Shown: piece after piece, positions 12,241 through 25,679 of the stretch | How the letters are laid out: every line of letters begins with the position of its first letter | Position numbering within the stretch: position 1 is the stretch's first letter | Source: Raillietiella orientalis | Taxonomy: Eukaryota | Direction of reading: 5' to 3' | Length of the DNA: 64,000 nucleotides | Assembly (NCBI GenBank): GCA_036172245.1 | Contig: JAYWIR010000050.1 | Location: 434,001 to 498,000 of the forward strand | Translations under genes and position numbers: made by a program | Notes under the pieces: model-generated | What the model saw: only the letters and a program-made list of their open reading frames with translations | Told to the model about the DNA's origin: nothing | The model's database searches: none

Positions 12241-13460
12241 CAGGCGACGTGGTCCCACGCGTGAAAAGGCGTCCGAATGCAGCCCCTGGGGCGGGTCTTC
12301 TGGGAAGTTCAGGGACGTGGTCAAACGTTCACCGGAGGGCAGCACGCCCGAGTGGCAGGCATCCGTGCGGGATGGTTGCCCTTTTGCTGCCTCCCCCCCC
12401 TCCCCCGGTCCGGTGGCGGAGGAGGTGCACGTCGCAGCCATCGCAACGCCGAGCCCTGCCACACTTCGAGGCAAGGAGGGGGAGGGGGGTTGCTCGGGAA
12501 ACCCTGCGGAGGCGGGAGCGTCGGCAACCATTTCTAATTTCTTTCTTCTTCCTGCGATCCCGCGGCACCGTTGCCCATCTTGCGGGCCGGTCGCCCGTCG
12601 ACAGCGTCGCTGCAAGGGAGGTGCCTCGCCTCCAGGCGTTCCTCCCGGATCTTCCCAGCATCTCCCGCGACGAACCGCGTGTGGAGTTCCTCCGAACTCG
12701 TGCCGCTCGTCTTGGCAGCCTGTTGCCTGTCTCCAGGCACCGCGGTTCGTGAGCGAGCGGGATATCCAGGCGTGGCGCTGCGCCAGGGCCGCCGCCACCG
12801 TCTACCCAAGCCGGTAGACGCATCGGGGCGGCAGACCTTGGCGCCTGTAGATCAGGGAGAGGTGAGGGAGGGGCTGTTCGAGAAACAGTTGCGGAGATTC
12901 CTCCACTTCCTCGGTGGGGATTCCGTCCAGCGGAAGAGTCCTTTGGCGATGCGGCGCCGATAAAGACGGAGCCGCACGCAGAACTCGCCCCGCGACCGGG
13001 CCGTGAGGGAAAACCGCGAGACTGCAATGAAACTCTTCTCCAGAGAGCGGACGAGAAGTTGAGAACTCGAAGAAACCCGTGAGGCGACCACGAACGGGAG
13101 CGAGGGCTGCGCCGCCGACTCCATCTGCGGAAGCTGCGACTGGAGAAAATGGTTTTTCCAGTTCTGGGAGAATCGCCGGACCGCTGAAGCTTGAGGAACA
13201 CGCGCACGTGTTTTCGCGGGAGGGCATCGGGTGTCTCCTTGAAGAGACACAAATTTACGGCGGGAAGCAGCTGCGGACGAGATGGCTGCTCCTGGAGTCC
13301 AGCCATCGACGTGAACCAGCAGGAGACCGGTGGGATTGCCTCGTTGACGGCGAGGTGGCTGCGGCGCAAACAGAGAGCGGCGCGTAGCATTCGGGGCAGG
13401 CGCCAAATGGTGGGACACGGCGCAGGAATCCATGCGGTGCTCTCGAAATGCACAGATCAA
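12241..13460 (-). mobile_element. Decayed L1/Tx1-like ORF2 relic; 12241-12826 is duplicated at 53585-54169
   Basis: PAPC...MLRAALC ~ PPPC...LLRIALW; NAWRRGTSLAATL...PARW...KKKEI ~ RAWAGRTPLAAAL...AAKW...KEKKI. Confidence 0.5.
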
Positions 13461-14899
13461 TGAGTAGTGTCATCTGTGTCTACCAGCTGGTGAGCTTTCC
13501 GAAGCACAGACAGATCTTTTCTTGATGAGCAGCGCTCAGCGGTCAGCAGAAAGAAAAGGAGAGGATGAGCTTTAGCTGTTTGCGCTTTGCCCCCGTCGGA
13601 GGCCATTTGGCTGCTGCTGAGGTCTCCGTGAGTGACACCACCAAGCGTCGCGGGTTCGAATACTAGGAAAGAGTCGACGCAGAGAAATGGGGAGTGCGTC
13701 GTGGGTTCGAGTTCCTCCTGAGAGATGATGCTCGTTAGCTCCTATTTATTCGGCTGCGGCACTGGTAGCAGTCAAAACCGGATGCTCCCGATGAGTGGCT
13801 GGGATTGGGAGTCGACCTCCGGCTGAGTGGGGTCCTTCCAGAAAACGGAATCAAGGGGTGGGTAGTTCCTCTTCGGTAGTGCAAAGGAGAGGACCCCCTC
13901 TCCGGGGGAGACCCTCCGTATCTCGTACTTCGGAGTTCACATCTTCGGGGGAACGGCCCGTTCTGTTCTGCCTCGATCCTGATTCTGCTACCCTCTTCGT
14001 ACCTGTCCGCTGCTGCAAAAAACGAAAACAAAAACCGCAAATTGCGCTTCCTCGGAAAGAAAAAAATAAATCAAAACGTCTGGAGGGGGAAGCTTCCAGC
14101 TGAAGACGGCGTGCTCGACAAACATTTCCGGATCCTGAATAACTTAACTGTGAAACCATGGCAACAGGAAAATGAGCTAAGAGCAGGAAAAGCAGGCGAA
14201 GAAGGAAAAAGCCATGATTCCAGTTAGATCTCCCACGATGATGTTTTTCCTTCACTGGGACTGACTCGATTGCTTCCGGTTCAGCGACGACCCGCTGACC
14301 CCGTCGCCCAGAACGTCTCTCCTTCATCATCAAAAACCCTGCCTACCCACATGAATGCCAAGGTGGCGCGCAGAATTAAAAAAAAAATCGGGATGAAAAA
14401 AACGAGATTCTGCACGTTTAGATAGACGGGAGCCGATTCCGAAACGGTCGGCGCCAGTTGAAATTTGGTCAAACGGAGCGGCAGTCGAGCGTCGAGAGAA
14501 AAGAGAAGGGAGCGACCGAGGCGAGCAGAAAGAGATGGAGCAGCACGTAGCGCACCAAGACTTGGATCCACGGAGGCAGAGGTCGGAACTGCAGAAAGTG
14601 GGAGGGGGCAAGATGAGCAAATTTCAACGCCTAGCAAAAGAGCGAGATTCCTGGTCAGTTTGCCGCGAGCGAGCCCTCGGTCGCAGAGTGAAAAGGGCAG
14701 GCTGACAGTGGGCACCGTCCGTCCGCTGAAGTCTTCAACTTTCTGAGAAAAAAACGTTCTCTAAAATGAAACCGTAAATCTTTTGAACACTTTTGTTGGA
14801 GATCTTTGCGGAGCGGGAAAGATACGAAGGAACGGTGCCCCGTGCAAAATCACACACAGAAAGGAGCGAAGCCTCCTCCTTTCTGTGGTGCTCCATCCA

Positions 14900-15600
14900 C
14901 GCGCTGCCACGCACAGGGTGGGGCAGATTCCGGAATGAAGCACCGATGCCAGGATTCGCCTCCGTCGATCCGGCGCGTAATGCAACAAGCTGCTCTCTGA
15001 CTGAGCACGAAAATAATCAGCGAAAAGGATCCGAGAGGATCAGCAAACAAACCACCGTCCTTTCTGAAGGGCAAGCCGTAGCCTTGACCACTCTCCGCCG
15101 TTTCCAGGATCCCGAGGATAACAACGGTTACCCGCCGGGGCGAAGGCGGAAGCCAAACTGCTACTGCGTACGTGCGGTTTCCGTGTTCAGCATCGGGTGC
15201 AATCCGCCCACCGTGGGTGCAACTGCGGCAGGGCCCTCCTCTCGGGAGATTTTTCCGATTGGAAATGCCCTCCTCTCGCGCCTTTTCCGGTCGACGGGGT
15301 TCGAGTCCGTTCTTGACCGCGGGAAATGCTCGAGGGCGGGCGCGCCGCGGGGGCACCCGGCGGCAGGAGGGCTGCTGCACCGCGATGACGACTTGCGGAA
15401 CGCCACGCCGCTGCCTATTTGCGCAATCGGCCTCCGACTGTGTGCGTCGGCACACGTTCCTCGGCGGTAGGGACGTGCTCGGCGGCACACTCGCCCTGAC
15501 CCCCCGCATGCAAAAACAACACCAAAAGTAACCCTGCGGACCTGCAGTTATTTTCGATCAGTGCGGAGGTTCGAATCAGCATCCTGGGAAGCGGACGATG
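14900..15600 (+). mobile_element. Decayed L1/Tx1-like RT relic
   Basis: PEDNNGYPPGRRRKPN ~ PEQTHAVPGRSMEAN; REIFPIGNALLSRLFRSTGF ~ RKAFDCVDQNLLLELLERLGF. Confidence 0.35.
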
Positions 15601-15893
15601 ACATCCTTGCGGGAGACCGCACGTAGAAATGTTCAATGGATAGATGGAAAGCTCGCGGCCCGCGTGACGACAGGATTCCTACACCAATGAACACCTCACG
15701 CGGGGGCCGCAGTGTTTCCCGTCCTTTGACGAAACACGGAGGAGCACACCAAAGTCGACGGCGCCATCATGCAATATGCGGGTGGAGGTGTTGAGGACCT
15801 GTGTGTGTGCAGAGCTGCAAACACACGCGTACAAAACAAAACAAAAAAAACACCCTCAATAAATTAAACAAGGTCACAATTAAGCTACATTAC

Positions 15894-15899
15894 TTTATT
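15894..15899 (-). terminator. Candidate distal polyadenylation signal of SF1
   Basis: AATAAA on the minus strand at the edge of the AT-rich domain; further AATAAA near 16120 and 16610. Confidence 0.45.
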
Positions 15900-16663
15900 G
15901 AATTCAGGTAACAGCAACGTGTTGCTGAAACGCTTGCAGAAACAAAGCACGAACATTCTTTCTGACAGATAATCAATATGAACATCATTATCAACAAAAG
16001 GGCAGAAACGTTCTCCCTGCATGCATACATTCACTGTTTCTCTCATCAAAATATCCCTTCTCTAATTTACTTTACTCAAAGTAACTTGTTTTTTTTTTTC
16101 TAAAAGAAAAAAGATCCACTTTTATTACGCAAAAAAAAAAAAAAAAAATACACACGTGCACCATTTCTTATTAAGTTATGCCGGATTAAATCCAACTTAA
16201 AAACTTAATTAAAACTTGTTGATTTGTGATTTTGAAATTCCAAATTTACTTTCGCTTTTTTTTCTTTCCGTTTTTTTTTTTGTTTTTGTTTTTTTTTTTT
16301 TTTAAATCATTACTAGCTGAAACATCCTCGTTTCATGGCAACTTGATTAGAACTTCCTTGATAACTTTCATCAATTTTCGAACAACAGAAATACAAACTT
16401 TTCACACTTACATGCATACTTAATTGTTACTCTTCAAATTAAAATGTTTTGATAGTTTCTCTTTTAAAACTGAAGGCTGCAGCAATAAAAACTCATCTCA
16501 GAAATTATGTTCTAAATTGAAACTCTTAGGGTTCTATGTTCACTCAACAATGCATCTTTACAAGGAAGTTTCCAGTCAGTAATGCTTTCATGGTTTCCAG
16601 GTTTCATGCTTTATTAATAATCATGCTTCTCCTAAGAATGATTAATTAAAAACATGAAACAAA

Positions 16664-19600
16664 TCAAGTAGGTGGAGGTGGTGGTGGAGCTGCCAGCAAA
16701 TTAGGAAGGCCTGCCTGTGCTAATGCATTTAAATCTATGTTTCCAGAAGACGTGGATGGAACTTGTGCTGATTGTGGAGGGGGAGGGATATTAGAATATC
16801 CTTGCTGCCAAGGAAGTGGCTGACCAGGATTTAGAGATGCTCTGGGAGGTGGCACTGGTCCAGGTGGAGGTGGAGGTTGTTGCCAAGGAGTCATGGACAT
16901 TCCCAGTGGAAGAGGAGGAGGAGATTGATGCCAAGGAGGAATTGGAGCAGATGGCCACTGGCTCACCATAGGAGTACCAGTAGTAGCCAGCATAGCTGTT
17001 GATGGAGGAGGCCCTTGAAGTAATGAGGGTGGGGGTGGAGGTGCAGCACTTGGTGGAATTTGTGGTAAACCTTTCCAACCGGAAACACCTGGGGGAGCTG
17101 GAGGAGTCATCATTGTTGATGATGCTGACTGAGACCAGGGCTGACTGCCAAGTTTTGTGCCTTCAGGATATTCAGTTTGACCTGGTGGCTGTGGAGGTGG
17201 AGCCATAACTGGGCGAGGTGCTACCCGTGGAGCAAACAGAGTTACTGGGGCATATGCTGCTGCCATAAAACGAGACATATCGGCAGCAGTCATGCCTTCC
17301 TTTTGAGGTGGAGGAGGTCCTTCACCAAGTTCTGCCATCAGCGACATATACTGAAGCAGGCAATAACTCATGAAACAAGGACTGACAAACCTCTTCATCA
17401 ATCTTGGTTTTGCTCGTGTCCAGATTGGATGCTTCATCACCAGTACGTTTCTGCATGCAGTCCTTACTGATATGACCAGCTCCCCCACAGATACTGCACA
17501 AGACTGTGTTAGTTATGTTGGGTTTCTCAGGACACTTCAGAAACAGTGGGTGTTAACAGTGTTGCCCTGCTCATACCTGCCAAGACTTATGCGTAATGGC
17601 ACCACAATTGGTACAACGAGGACCATCAGATTCACGCAGTGTCCCATTTAGCAATGCCAGCTCTCTTAACTGATTTCTGCGCAAATCATTTTGCCCTTCT
17701 GGTACTTCAATCCCTTGTCTAATAATTTCTTTGATCTGAAGTAAATGTGCAAATTATTTTTACAGCTTGGTTTCGAAGCTTACTTTATCTACTGCTTTCT
17801 TAACACTTTCAATGTTATGTGCAGTAACATACGCATGCAAAGGTTCATCCTCTCCAGGTAAGGGCTGCCCATCCTTCCTTCCAACCTTTCCTTCCTTCAC
17901 GGATCCTTTTCCGCGAATGATAATTTTGGCTCCAGTATCCTTCTCCATTGCTACAACACTGGCTTAAAATAATGCTGTGCATCACACCTACCTTTCAGTG
18001 TATTCCCCCGAGGACCTATGAGCAAGCCCACAAAGTTTATGTCAGGATACGTATCTTGAGGAATCATCACCTTGTCACTCACTCGAATGACTGGTGGTCT
18101 GTTGGGGAGATAACAACTAGCATTCAACAGATTTACTAACTTGTAGTCGAGAGGTGGTTTGTAATCCATGTTGATGCACATCATTCTCTGAATCAACATG
18201 TGACGGTCATCTTCCAGTTTTTTCCTTGTACGAAATTCCCGAGTGTTGAGCCGCTTGCCATCACTATTGTAGATAGGTTCTGGCGATGGTGACCTAGAGT
18301 ACATTGCCTGCAGCTCAGAAAACTTGTACCAGTTCTGTTGAGCACACCCCAACAAAATTAAAATTTTATATTCTCTAAGGTGGCCAAGGGCAGCCTGCTT
18401 TGCTTTCATATAAAACATAAGTCAGCATCTACATGCTGACTCACCCCAAAACAAACATTAAAATACAAAGCACAACTGGCTATTTGAGGCCACCTAGAAC
18501 AAACTAGTAAAATAAATATCACTTTATCCTTTCCACATAGCTCCACTCCAATGACACAGGCTCACTAGCAAACAATTAGCCCATAATTAGTGCCAACCTT
18601 TCATCAGGGTTGAGAGGGATTCCCAAGTCACCTGTTCTAAGCCTGCGACTCAATTCTTCAATCTGTAGCTGCACTGAAGAAAAAAGGATTAGTGGGCAAA
18701 ACGCCCCATGATTAGCATTTGATGGTACCAGAGGCAAGTTTAACAATATTTCCAACAACAATACAATGCAATGGCCAAAATTAGTTTGAAATGATGCCAT
18801 CATAACATGCTGAAATGCTAGTAAATCTCAAGGAAGAATGTGTGAAACATGAACTGGTTAGTTTAACACTTCATTATAAACATTAATATCAAATCTGCTT
18901 ACAGACGTTAAGCTGTATTTAAAAATAAGTTCATCATGATTGTGCAAAGGTACAATTAAAAGAGTACCCTATCACAGCTTAAATGAAAGAAGCTACTGTA
19001 CTAATCATCATGCTTCTCAAAATATCTTTCATCAAATTCACATTTGCATTTTTTAATCAGTGAATTAAAAAAAAAAAAAGGAAAAAAAAGGGGAAATTGA
19101 AACATCAGTTCAGCAACATGCTTGAAAATGGCAAGTAAATCACATAATGTCAGTTAATTCTATATTATTCAACATACAACTCAAAAGTAGACCTGATAAC
19201 AAGTAATCAATAGCTTTAAAAAATATATATATAAAAATAAATAAATACTAATAATTCATCAAAATTACAAAATTTCACAAACTGGGGCAGGCGAAATTAG
19301 CTATATCGACTTAATTGATACATAAACAGGACTGAAAACATCTGACAAATCAAGTAAACTCAAATAAGCATGTAATAAATAAAATGATTCTAAATAAAGC
19401 ACTCAATTTCTTTCAAAAAATCCTTTCAAAATCAAATTTCAAAAATTTAAACTATTCTCTGCAATTTGCTATTTTTCCCCAGTGACCAAATTATTTAGCA
19501 ACAAACAGCAAAAATCAATCTCCTGAAAATTCTCATATACACATTCTAATGAAACAACTGTGCTGAATTCCATAATTATTGAAAAAAAACTTAACTACAG

Positions 19601-20160
19601 TAATATTAAATAATGGAAACAGATACTAATGATCACTTTCATCACGGTATTTAATACTTACAGATATATGCTTCTTCTTGCGATTTAGAGAGATTGCAAG
19701 GAAGAATGGTTGGCATACCAGGAATAAGAATTTTCTCTCTATCATCATTACCCCATCTGGTTTTTCTCCTTTTCTTCTTTTCATTCTTTTCCTCCTCTAC
19801 AATGGATTGATGTAAACCCAAATAAGTATTGACAATTAGATATGCACGTTTTGCATTTTCAATTTAAAAATATCTGTTTGAAATATTTTATAAGAGCAAC
19901 TTTTCTACTTCACCATGTACACAACACTTTCAGTATTAAAGTATTTTTACATGTAACGTTATCATTATCAAATGTTACAAACTAAGAAGCAATCTTTCCA
20001 TGCCTTCAGCTTCAGCATCTCGTTTGGATGTAATAGCAGGATACTGTGAATGCTGCATATAGCTGGGATTCAGTAGGGAAACTTCACTGTTTTTTTTTCC
20101 ATATAACGGGGTTGTTTTACCTAAAGGAGTTGAATTTCCACCAGTTCCAACCGAAGGCAT
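16664..20160 (-). CDS. SF1: Splicing factor 1 / branchpoint-binding protein
   Basis: Exons: 20160-20121, 19796-19662, 18673-18598, 18293-18141, 18098-17992, 17950-17784, 17735-17577, 17534-17391, 17350-16664; all GT-AG and phase-consistent. Motifs: [23 protein letters not shown] domain ([29 protein letters not shown]), QUA2 ([14 protein letters not shown]), two CCHC knuckles ([28 protein letters not shown]) and a Pro-rich tail. Confidence 0.97.
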
Positions 20161-21048
20161 ATTTATTAGTCAACATAGATTGAGATTAAAATAGCTGAAA
20201 TGAAGAAATATAATAAAAAAATAGGAAGAATTGAAGTAGAAATGATATAATGGAAAACAAAAAACGGAAGTAGAAATAATAGTCTCCTAGTATTTCCCGA
20301 ACTTCAAAAACGATCGCAAACAACACCACAAGCGAATTCAACCAAACAATGATGACTCAATGCTGCACATGCATGGATAGAAATCTTGTGGATGACAGGC
20401 ATAACAAAAGGTCATTAAAGTAAATATCTTATTTGCTTAAAATGAGACAATTCCGGTAAATGCAATCATTGAATTTTTGAGCAATTAGGCGACACTGATT
20501 CACTTTCGGGGGAAAAAGACAAGGTGCAACCCACTCATTATTTCAGTTATACAGACCTTTATCAACGTAAAGTTATATAGTCTATGCAAATGCAATACGT
20601 TGGAAACAGTTTTCACCGTTAGGTGCATGATTATAACATGATACAAGGTTCACCTGATAAAAATAACACTAAGTCACTTATTGATTTTATCAATGTCACC
20701 TAATTATGGTCACAAGCTGCGGATTTCTTTTAAAGACAACCAGGCATTCAAGACATTTTCCATTTTAAAGCTAATCTACTGCTCCTCCTATGGAATTCGG
20801 CACTTTTAACATGGCTGGTCGGTTTAAAAGAGCTTTAGTTGAAAACTAGTTACAGAATACAATCAGTTTCTGTTCGCCTATCGGCTATTCAAACATATCC
20901 ACGCGGTTAATTTAGACACAATAAAATAATCACGTATCACCAGAGAAGCTAAACTGCTATTTCTGTGATCGGAAGAGATTGCACACCTAAACTATTCGTA
21001 CTTTTACAATTTACAAATCCCAAATTACGGTACAGATACTCAGACCCC

Positions 21049-21083
21049 ACTTACCATACGGAACTTGACAACTTCAAAATGGC
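21049..21083 (-). promoter_or_regulatory. Candidate SF1 non-coding first exon: YY1-like GCCATTTTG motif and GTAAGT donor
   Basis: On the minus strand, GCCATTTTG at 21083-21075 and G|GTAAGT at 21055/21054; a matching TTTCAG acceptor ends at 20195, about 35 nt before the ATG. Confidence 0.45.
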
Positions 21084-22040
21084 TGACGTACAATTAACGA
21101 AACTCAGACCTTTGCAACGATTTCAGCGTAACTGCAGGATCAATTGGGAAAAGAAAGTCCGGTACTCGGTTCACCAAAGGATAGTTCAGAGATTTCAGGT
21201 GCTGGTGATCATGCTGGATCATGAGCCGAAAAAATTCCGTGTCCCTCGAAAAGAGGATAATCCTAATATCTACTGGGGACGAAATAGAATTCTGTGTGAA
21301 TATGCACTTTTTTACGGCATTCTTAAAAAAAAGCATTTCCATTGCTCCGGCTGGTTGCCTCTGACTTTTTCAAAGGGAAAGAAAGTCAGCAGTCATCCTT
21401 TTTCGAGGTTTCCATGAAGCAGCCCAGAAACAATCTTCAATTACCGAATTATAGTTATGGTGGCACCTTGCTTGTTTGGCAACAAATTGCAAGAGTCACA
21501 TAGTAGGCATAGTTTCTTTCAATATCTTCTGCATTTTCACAAAGCTCCTAACTGCGGTATGAAAGTGCATGCAAATAAACAAACAGAAAAAAAAAAAAAA
21601 ACAGAAACGAAAACACCCTCCAGCATACACTTTCAAAGAAATAAAGAAGTGTTCTTGGGATCCTCCTCGATCCTCTCACTATAAAGTCAGTGGTCAACAA
21701 AGTTTGCAAATGTTACGAAAATAATGTCCCACTTCCTCTGCTCAATAGCACAGGAATCCATCCAGAACATCTCCAAAACAGAAGAAACCATTTCGACAAA
21801 TGACGATACGTTAGAAGAGTGTGTGGTTTTGGAAAACCATGTGAACGGTCTTCAGGAGAGATTGGAACGAAAGTCGCTCTTCCACGTAGAAAAAGAAAGA
21901 AACAAAAAGAAAAGTTGCAAGCATTGCGGTGCAAGATTAAAAGATGTGTACTTTTCGAAGTAAAATAATGTCATTAATTAATTGTAACATTCCAGTCTTG
22001 ATCGATTTTCATTTGGAAATCCCTGCAAACAGCTGATCCT

Positions 22041-22079
22041 AATTTCCTTTTCCGTGTGCAACACACGGAAAAGGAAATT
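22041..22079. repeat. Perfect 18-bp inverted repeat with 3-nt spacer
   Basis: AATTTCCTTTTCCGTGTG-caa-CACACGGAAAAGGAAATT. Confidence 0.95.
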
Positions 22080-23833
22080 TGTGGTAATTTCTAATGTTTC
22101 CATTATCTGGCAATCGAACGGATCTTTCTCTTCTTGGACGCTTTTCTGGCTTTCATTCCTTTTCTTCGTTCGTGGAGGTAAGTGACATAATTACAGAGAG
22201 AACTGCAGGGAATGAGGAACTCAAAAGGTAATCAGCGGAACTGCGTGTTGTTCATGGGAAGCAGCACATTTACCCATTGTACATCAAGTGCTTCCGTCTG
22301 GAGTGTTTGAATTAAACGAGTAAATCCATTTGCTAGTGACGGTTCACCATTTTTGCAGAAGCTCTTTCAGAACCCATAAGACAATTATGTGTGTGCTTTA
22401 TGGTAGGTTCTTAGGTATTTCCTTTCCAGACTTCTTTGCCATGTTAAGGCCATGGAATTTTTGTCTAGTTCTCAAAGATTTTCGACTCCATCTGATTGCT
22501 GCTTACCTTTCCAATGATTCTCTGATCGATTTTTTTTTCTCTCTTAAAAAAAAAGAAAATGAAAAAACTGACTCGCGACATTCTCATTCCTTCTGACTGT
22601 TTCCTTGCATGACTCTCCTGAATTGTGGTCTTTTAGATATGTGGGAAATTTTTCCATAAATTCAATCAAGGTTCGCTATCGGTTTGTTTGTTATTTAATC
22701 TCCAAAGCTTCTCCAGCTCTCTAAAATGTAATTTCATCCTCATGTGCTAGTTTCACTTATTTGTGCCTTACCTTTTTTAATACTAGGGAGGAATTTTTAA
22801 CTTGTGCAGCCACGACTGAGAACTGAGGACTCGTGGGTACGTAGAGCTCCACGTACTCTAATGAACCCAGAAATGTTCCAAATTACTTGCCCCTAATTAC
22901 TGTTGTGTGAGTGAGCTGTTAACGAGTTACTCTGTGCCTTCCCACAATTTGAAATTTAAATCCCTAGAGACGGGTCCCAGATCATCATGTTACACGTATC
23001 AACAGAAAAAGCCCTCAAAAGTTGTTTTCATCCTCCAAGGACAGCATCTGGATATCATCGCAACGGCAAAGGACACACCCGATAGCTTTTCCCAGCACTT
23101 GAAAACGACACTTCATCGGAGGGGATGTAGCACATTGAACAACCTTCTGTAAAAGTGAGGAAAAGGCAACAACTCTGCTGCTAACTGTCCTGTCCTTTCC
23201 GGTGCCGACGCCATGTGCTTCTTTCACCTGTTGCTGAACGTGTGTGATGTTATGGAAAGGAAACGGCATTGCAGGGTGTGGGAAAAAACAAAAAAACGAA
23301 AAGACATAAAAAACCAGTGATGGAATACCATCACGACTCAACATGCCCCAGCGCTAGCAATTGCCATTTTTCAAATGGCAGACCTATTGGTTTATTTAAG
23401 AAGCATACGCGGTACCGAGATCCGTCGCAACTGCCATGGGCATTTGGCACCTCGACATGTCAGCACCTCGATTCCGCCTAGGTTCCATCAGTTCCATGAC
23501 GCCAAAGCTCATGGCGTCATGGAAGAGTGCTAGTGGCGCTCTGAATTACTGTCGATTATCAGTTTCCACTTGCTTACATCAATCCTTCTGCTTACTTTCC
23601 CAAGTGGAGAAAGCCAAATGCAGGGAATAAATACCAGCTTTTAAAGGTCGCTGCCACACCTTTGTTTTTGCTGCAACAGCAACAAAATGGTACCGGGCAA
23701 AAATTTCGTAAACCGAAACGCCACCGCTGTTTCTAATGAAAAGGAAATTCTAGGGAGGACCCTTAAAGAAGAAGAAAAAAAATTTATTCATCAGTTTTGA
23801 GCATCAGGAAGACATCCTAGACCAACGGAATGC

Positions 23834-24172
23834 TTATGCTACACTTTTCGATGATTCACATTTGTGCTTCAAGTTTGGGTGACCCAGGAAGCCTATGGCA
23901 AACGAGACAACACTGTCCGGTCTCCGTTCCAAAATTTCGACAAGAAACATCCGGACAATAAGGGCGATTTCTCTATGGGACAGCAGATACTGAATGTCCT
24001 CGACTTTTTTTCGGACTTTGATTCTGAAGAGCATGTCGCGCTGGTCCTGATTCAAAACATCAACATTACTCCGAAAATAGTCTGGCGGGAAAAGAACCGC
24101 TTCCTCCCCATGGCATTCCGAAAGATGTGGTTTCGTTGGCAAAAGTGGGAAATCTGCGTACCTCTGTTCCAT
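23834..24172 (-). CDS. RIIAD1: RIIa domain-containing protein 1-like (PKA RII dimerisation/docking-type domain)
   Basis: LNQDQRDMLFRIKVRKKVEDIQYLLSHREIALIVRMFLVEILERRPDSVVSFAIGFLGHPNL resembles recalled RIIAD1 (YLRTHKEV..LI..F..EI...RPDNILEFAADYF..P.L). The ATG directly follows a TTTCAG acceptor, so an upstream exon is likely. Confidence 0.75.
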   Translation of the reverse strand: MEQRYADFPLLPTKPHLSECHGEEAVLFPPDYFRSNVDVLNQDQRDMLFRIKVRKKVEDIQYLLSHREIALIVRMFLVEILERRPDSVVSFAIGFLGHPNLKHKCESSKSVA

Positions 24173-25679
24173 CTGAAACACAAACACATCATTTGCAGTG
24201 CACGTGGACGTAGGGGGCGCAGCGGAAGTACCACGGGAGAAACGCGAGGCGTCGCTCGAATCGCCCAATTCTCACGAAACGCCCTACTTTGTTGGGCACA
24301 CTGCCCGGGCACAGAGGCTTCCTTTCCGGGACGCTGGGACCAGTGCTCCCGAGCTCTGCTTTCCCGAGGTAACGCGCTTGCGGACAAGGAAAGGGAGGTA
24401 CCTCGCCAGCAACCATCAGAAAAACCTCCGAGCCCCCAGAACCACAACGAGCCGCTTCCGACCGCTTGAAAGGAGTGTCTTCAACCGGTCAACAGCTCCA
24501 CCGGCTTTTTTGAGGGCACTCGAACCAAAGCAATTTGTTTTTTCGCTCGGTTAAAGGCGAATCGAAATTCCCAACCGGACCATGGACCGCGCGAAGGCCG
24601 GAAAACACGCGGCGCTCATTTGGTCCACGCAAGGTGAGGAGAACCATTTTTGCACAAGAGGGGGGACAAAAAACGCGTGCGCGCGCTCACGAAAGAGGGG
24701 GGTTAATTTCCCTTCATTTTCCCTTAATGATTTGTGGCCCAACGTCGGATGCAACCAGCCACGAGGTCCCGCGCAAATTTTGAAGATTTCTGTGCCGCGG
24801 TGCGGCGAAACTTTGGAGAGGACGCCGGTATCCATGGCATTCGGGGAATCTGCTGGGCGACAGATGAGTACGCCACGCTGCAAGCAGCAAAGCTGTTTGC
24901 TCTTTCTTTCTTCTTCTTCTTCTCCTCTCCAGTTTGCTTGCAAGGCGACGTGTGCCTTCGAACCGCCAGACATTTGCGAGTCGAGGAAAGCAGGAAGGCC
25001 GAGGTTCCTCACCACGAAGACGCCGACCGCGAATCCGAAGCGGAGCGAAGAGCAAAGCACACACTCCGATGGCGGCACGGCAACAGGCAGCAGGCAACCT
25101 ACATTTCTCGATGGTCACCGAGGCAACGGCTATGTCCCTCTTCCCTACTCGGAAGCCCCTGTGGACCACGAAGTTTTCCACGAACGGAATCGGAAGACTC
25201 GCAGCCCGGCAACGAATCGAATGGAGTCACGTGGACACGCGCCGATCCTTACCAACAATGTGGACAAGCGAAAGACACCTCCACTTCCGAAGAAAGGGAA
25301 CAGCGAGCCGCCAAGAAAAAAGACGTCCTCGAAGAGACCCTCGAGGAACAAGGCGGTGTAAAAGCATGCATTTACATACTGAATGCGTAGGAACCTTAAA
25401 GAAGGACCCGGAAGCTTGTGTGCTTTTTTTTTTTTTTTTTTTTTAAAGGAGGAGGGGTGAGGAGGAGGCAAAGATTAGCTTCTTCCACAGGCTGTCCTCT
25501 TCGTGGCAAGCTCGTCCACGAACCACGTTCCGAAAAGGCTCGCCGCTCCCTTTCCGCATGGGACGCACTGCGTTTCGCCACTCCTGGCTTTTCAAGAAGG
25601 AAAGCCATTCGCCCAGTGAACGGGAATGTGCCCTCCGCCGGCAGGTGCTCTCACGTCTCCGATGGACCAACAACTAACT

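Noticed and set aside
113..15500. Many long overlapping Arg/Pro/Gly-rich ORFs on both strands
   Set aside because: Expected in GC-rich DNA; no domain signatures, and better explained as frameshifted retro-relics.
20965..21963. Plus-strand ORFs divergent from SF1 (MADVQLTK..., MSHFLCS...)
   Set aside because: No recognisable homology or consistent splice model; the ATG context doubles as the YY1-like motif.
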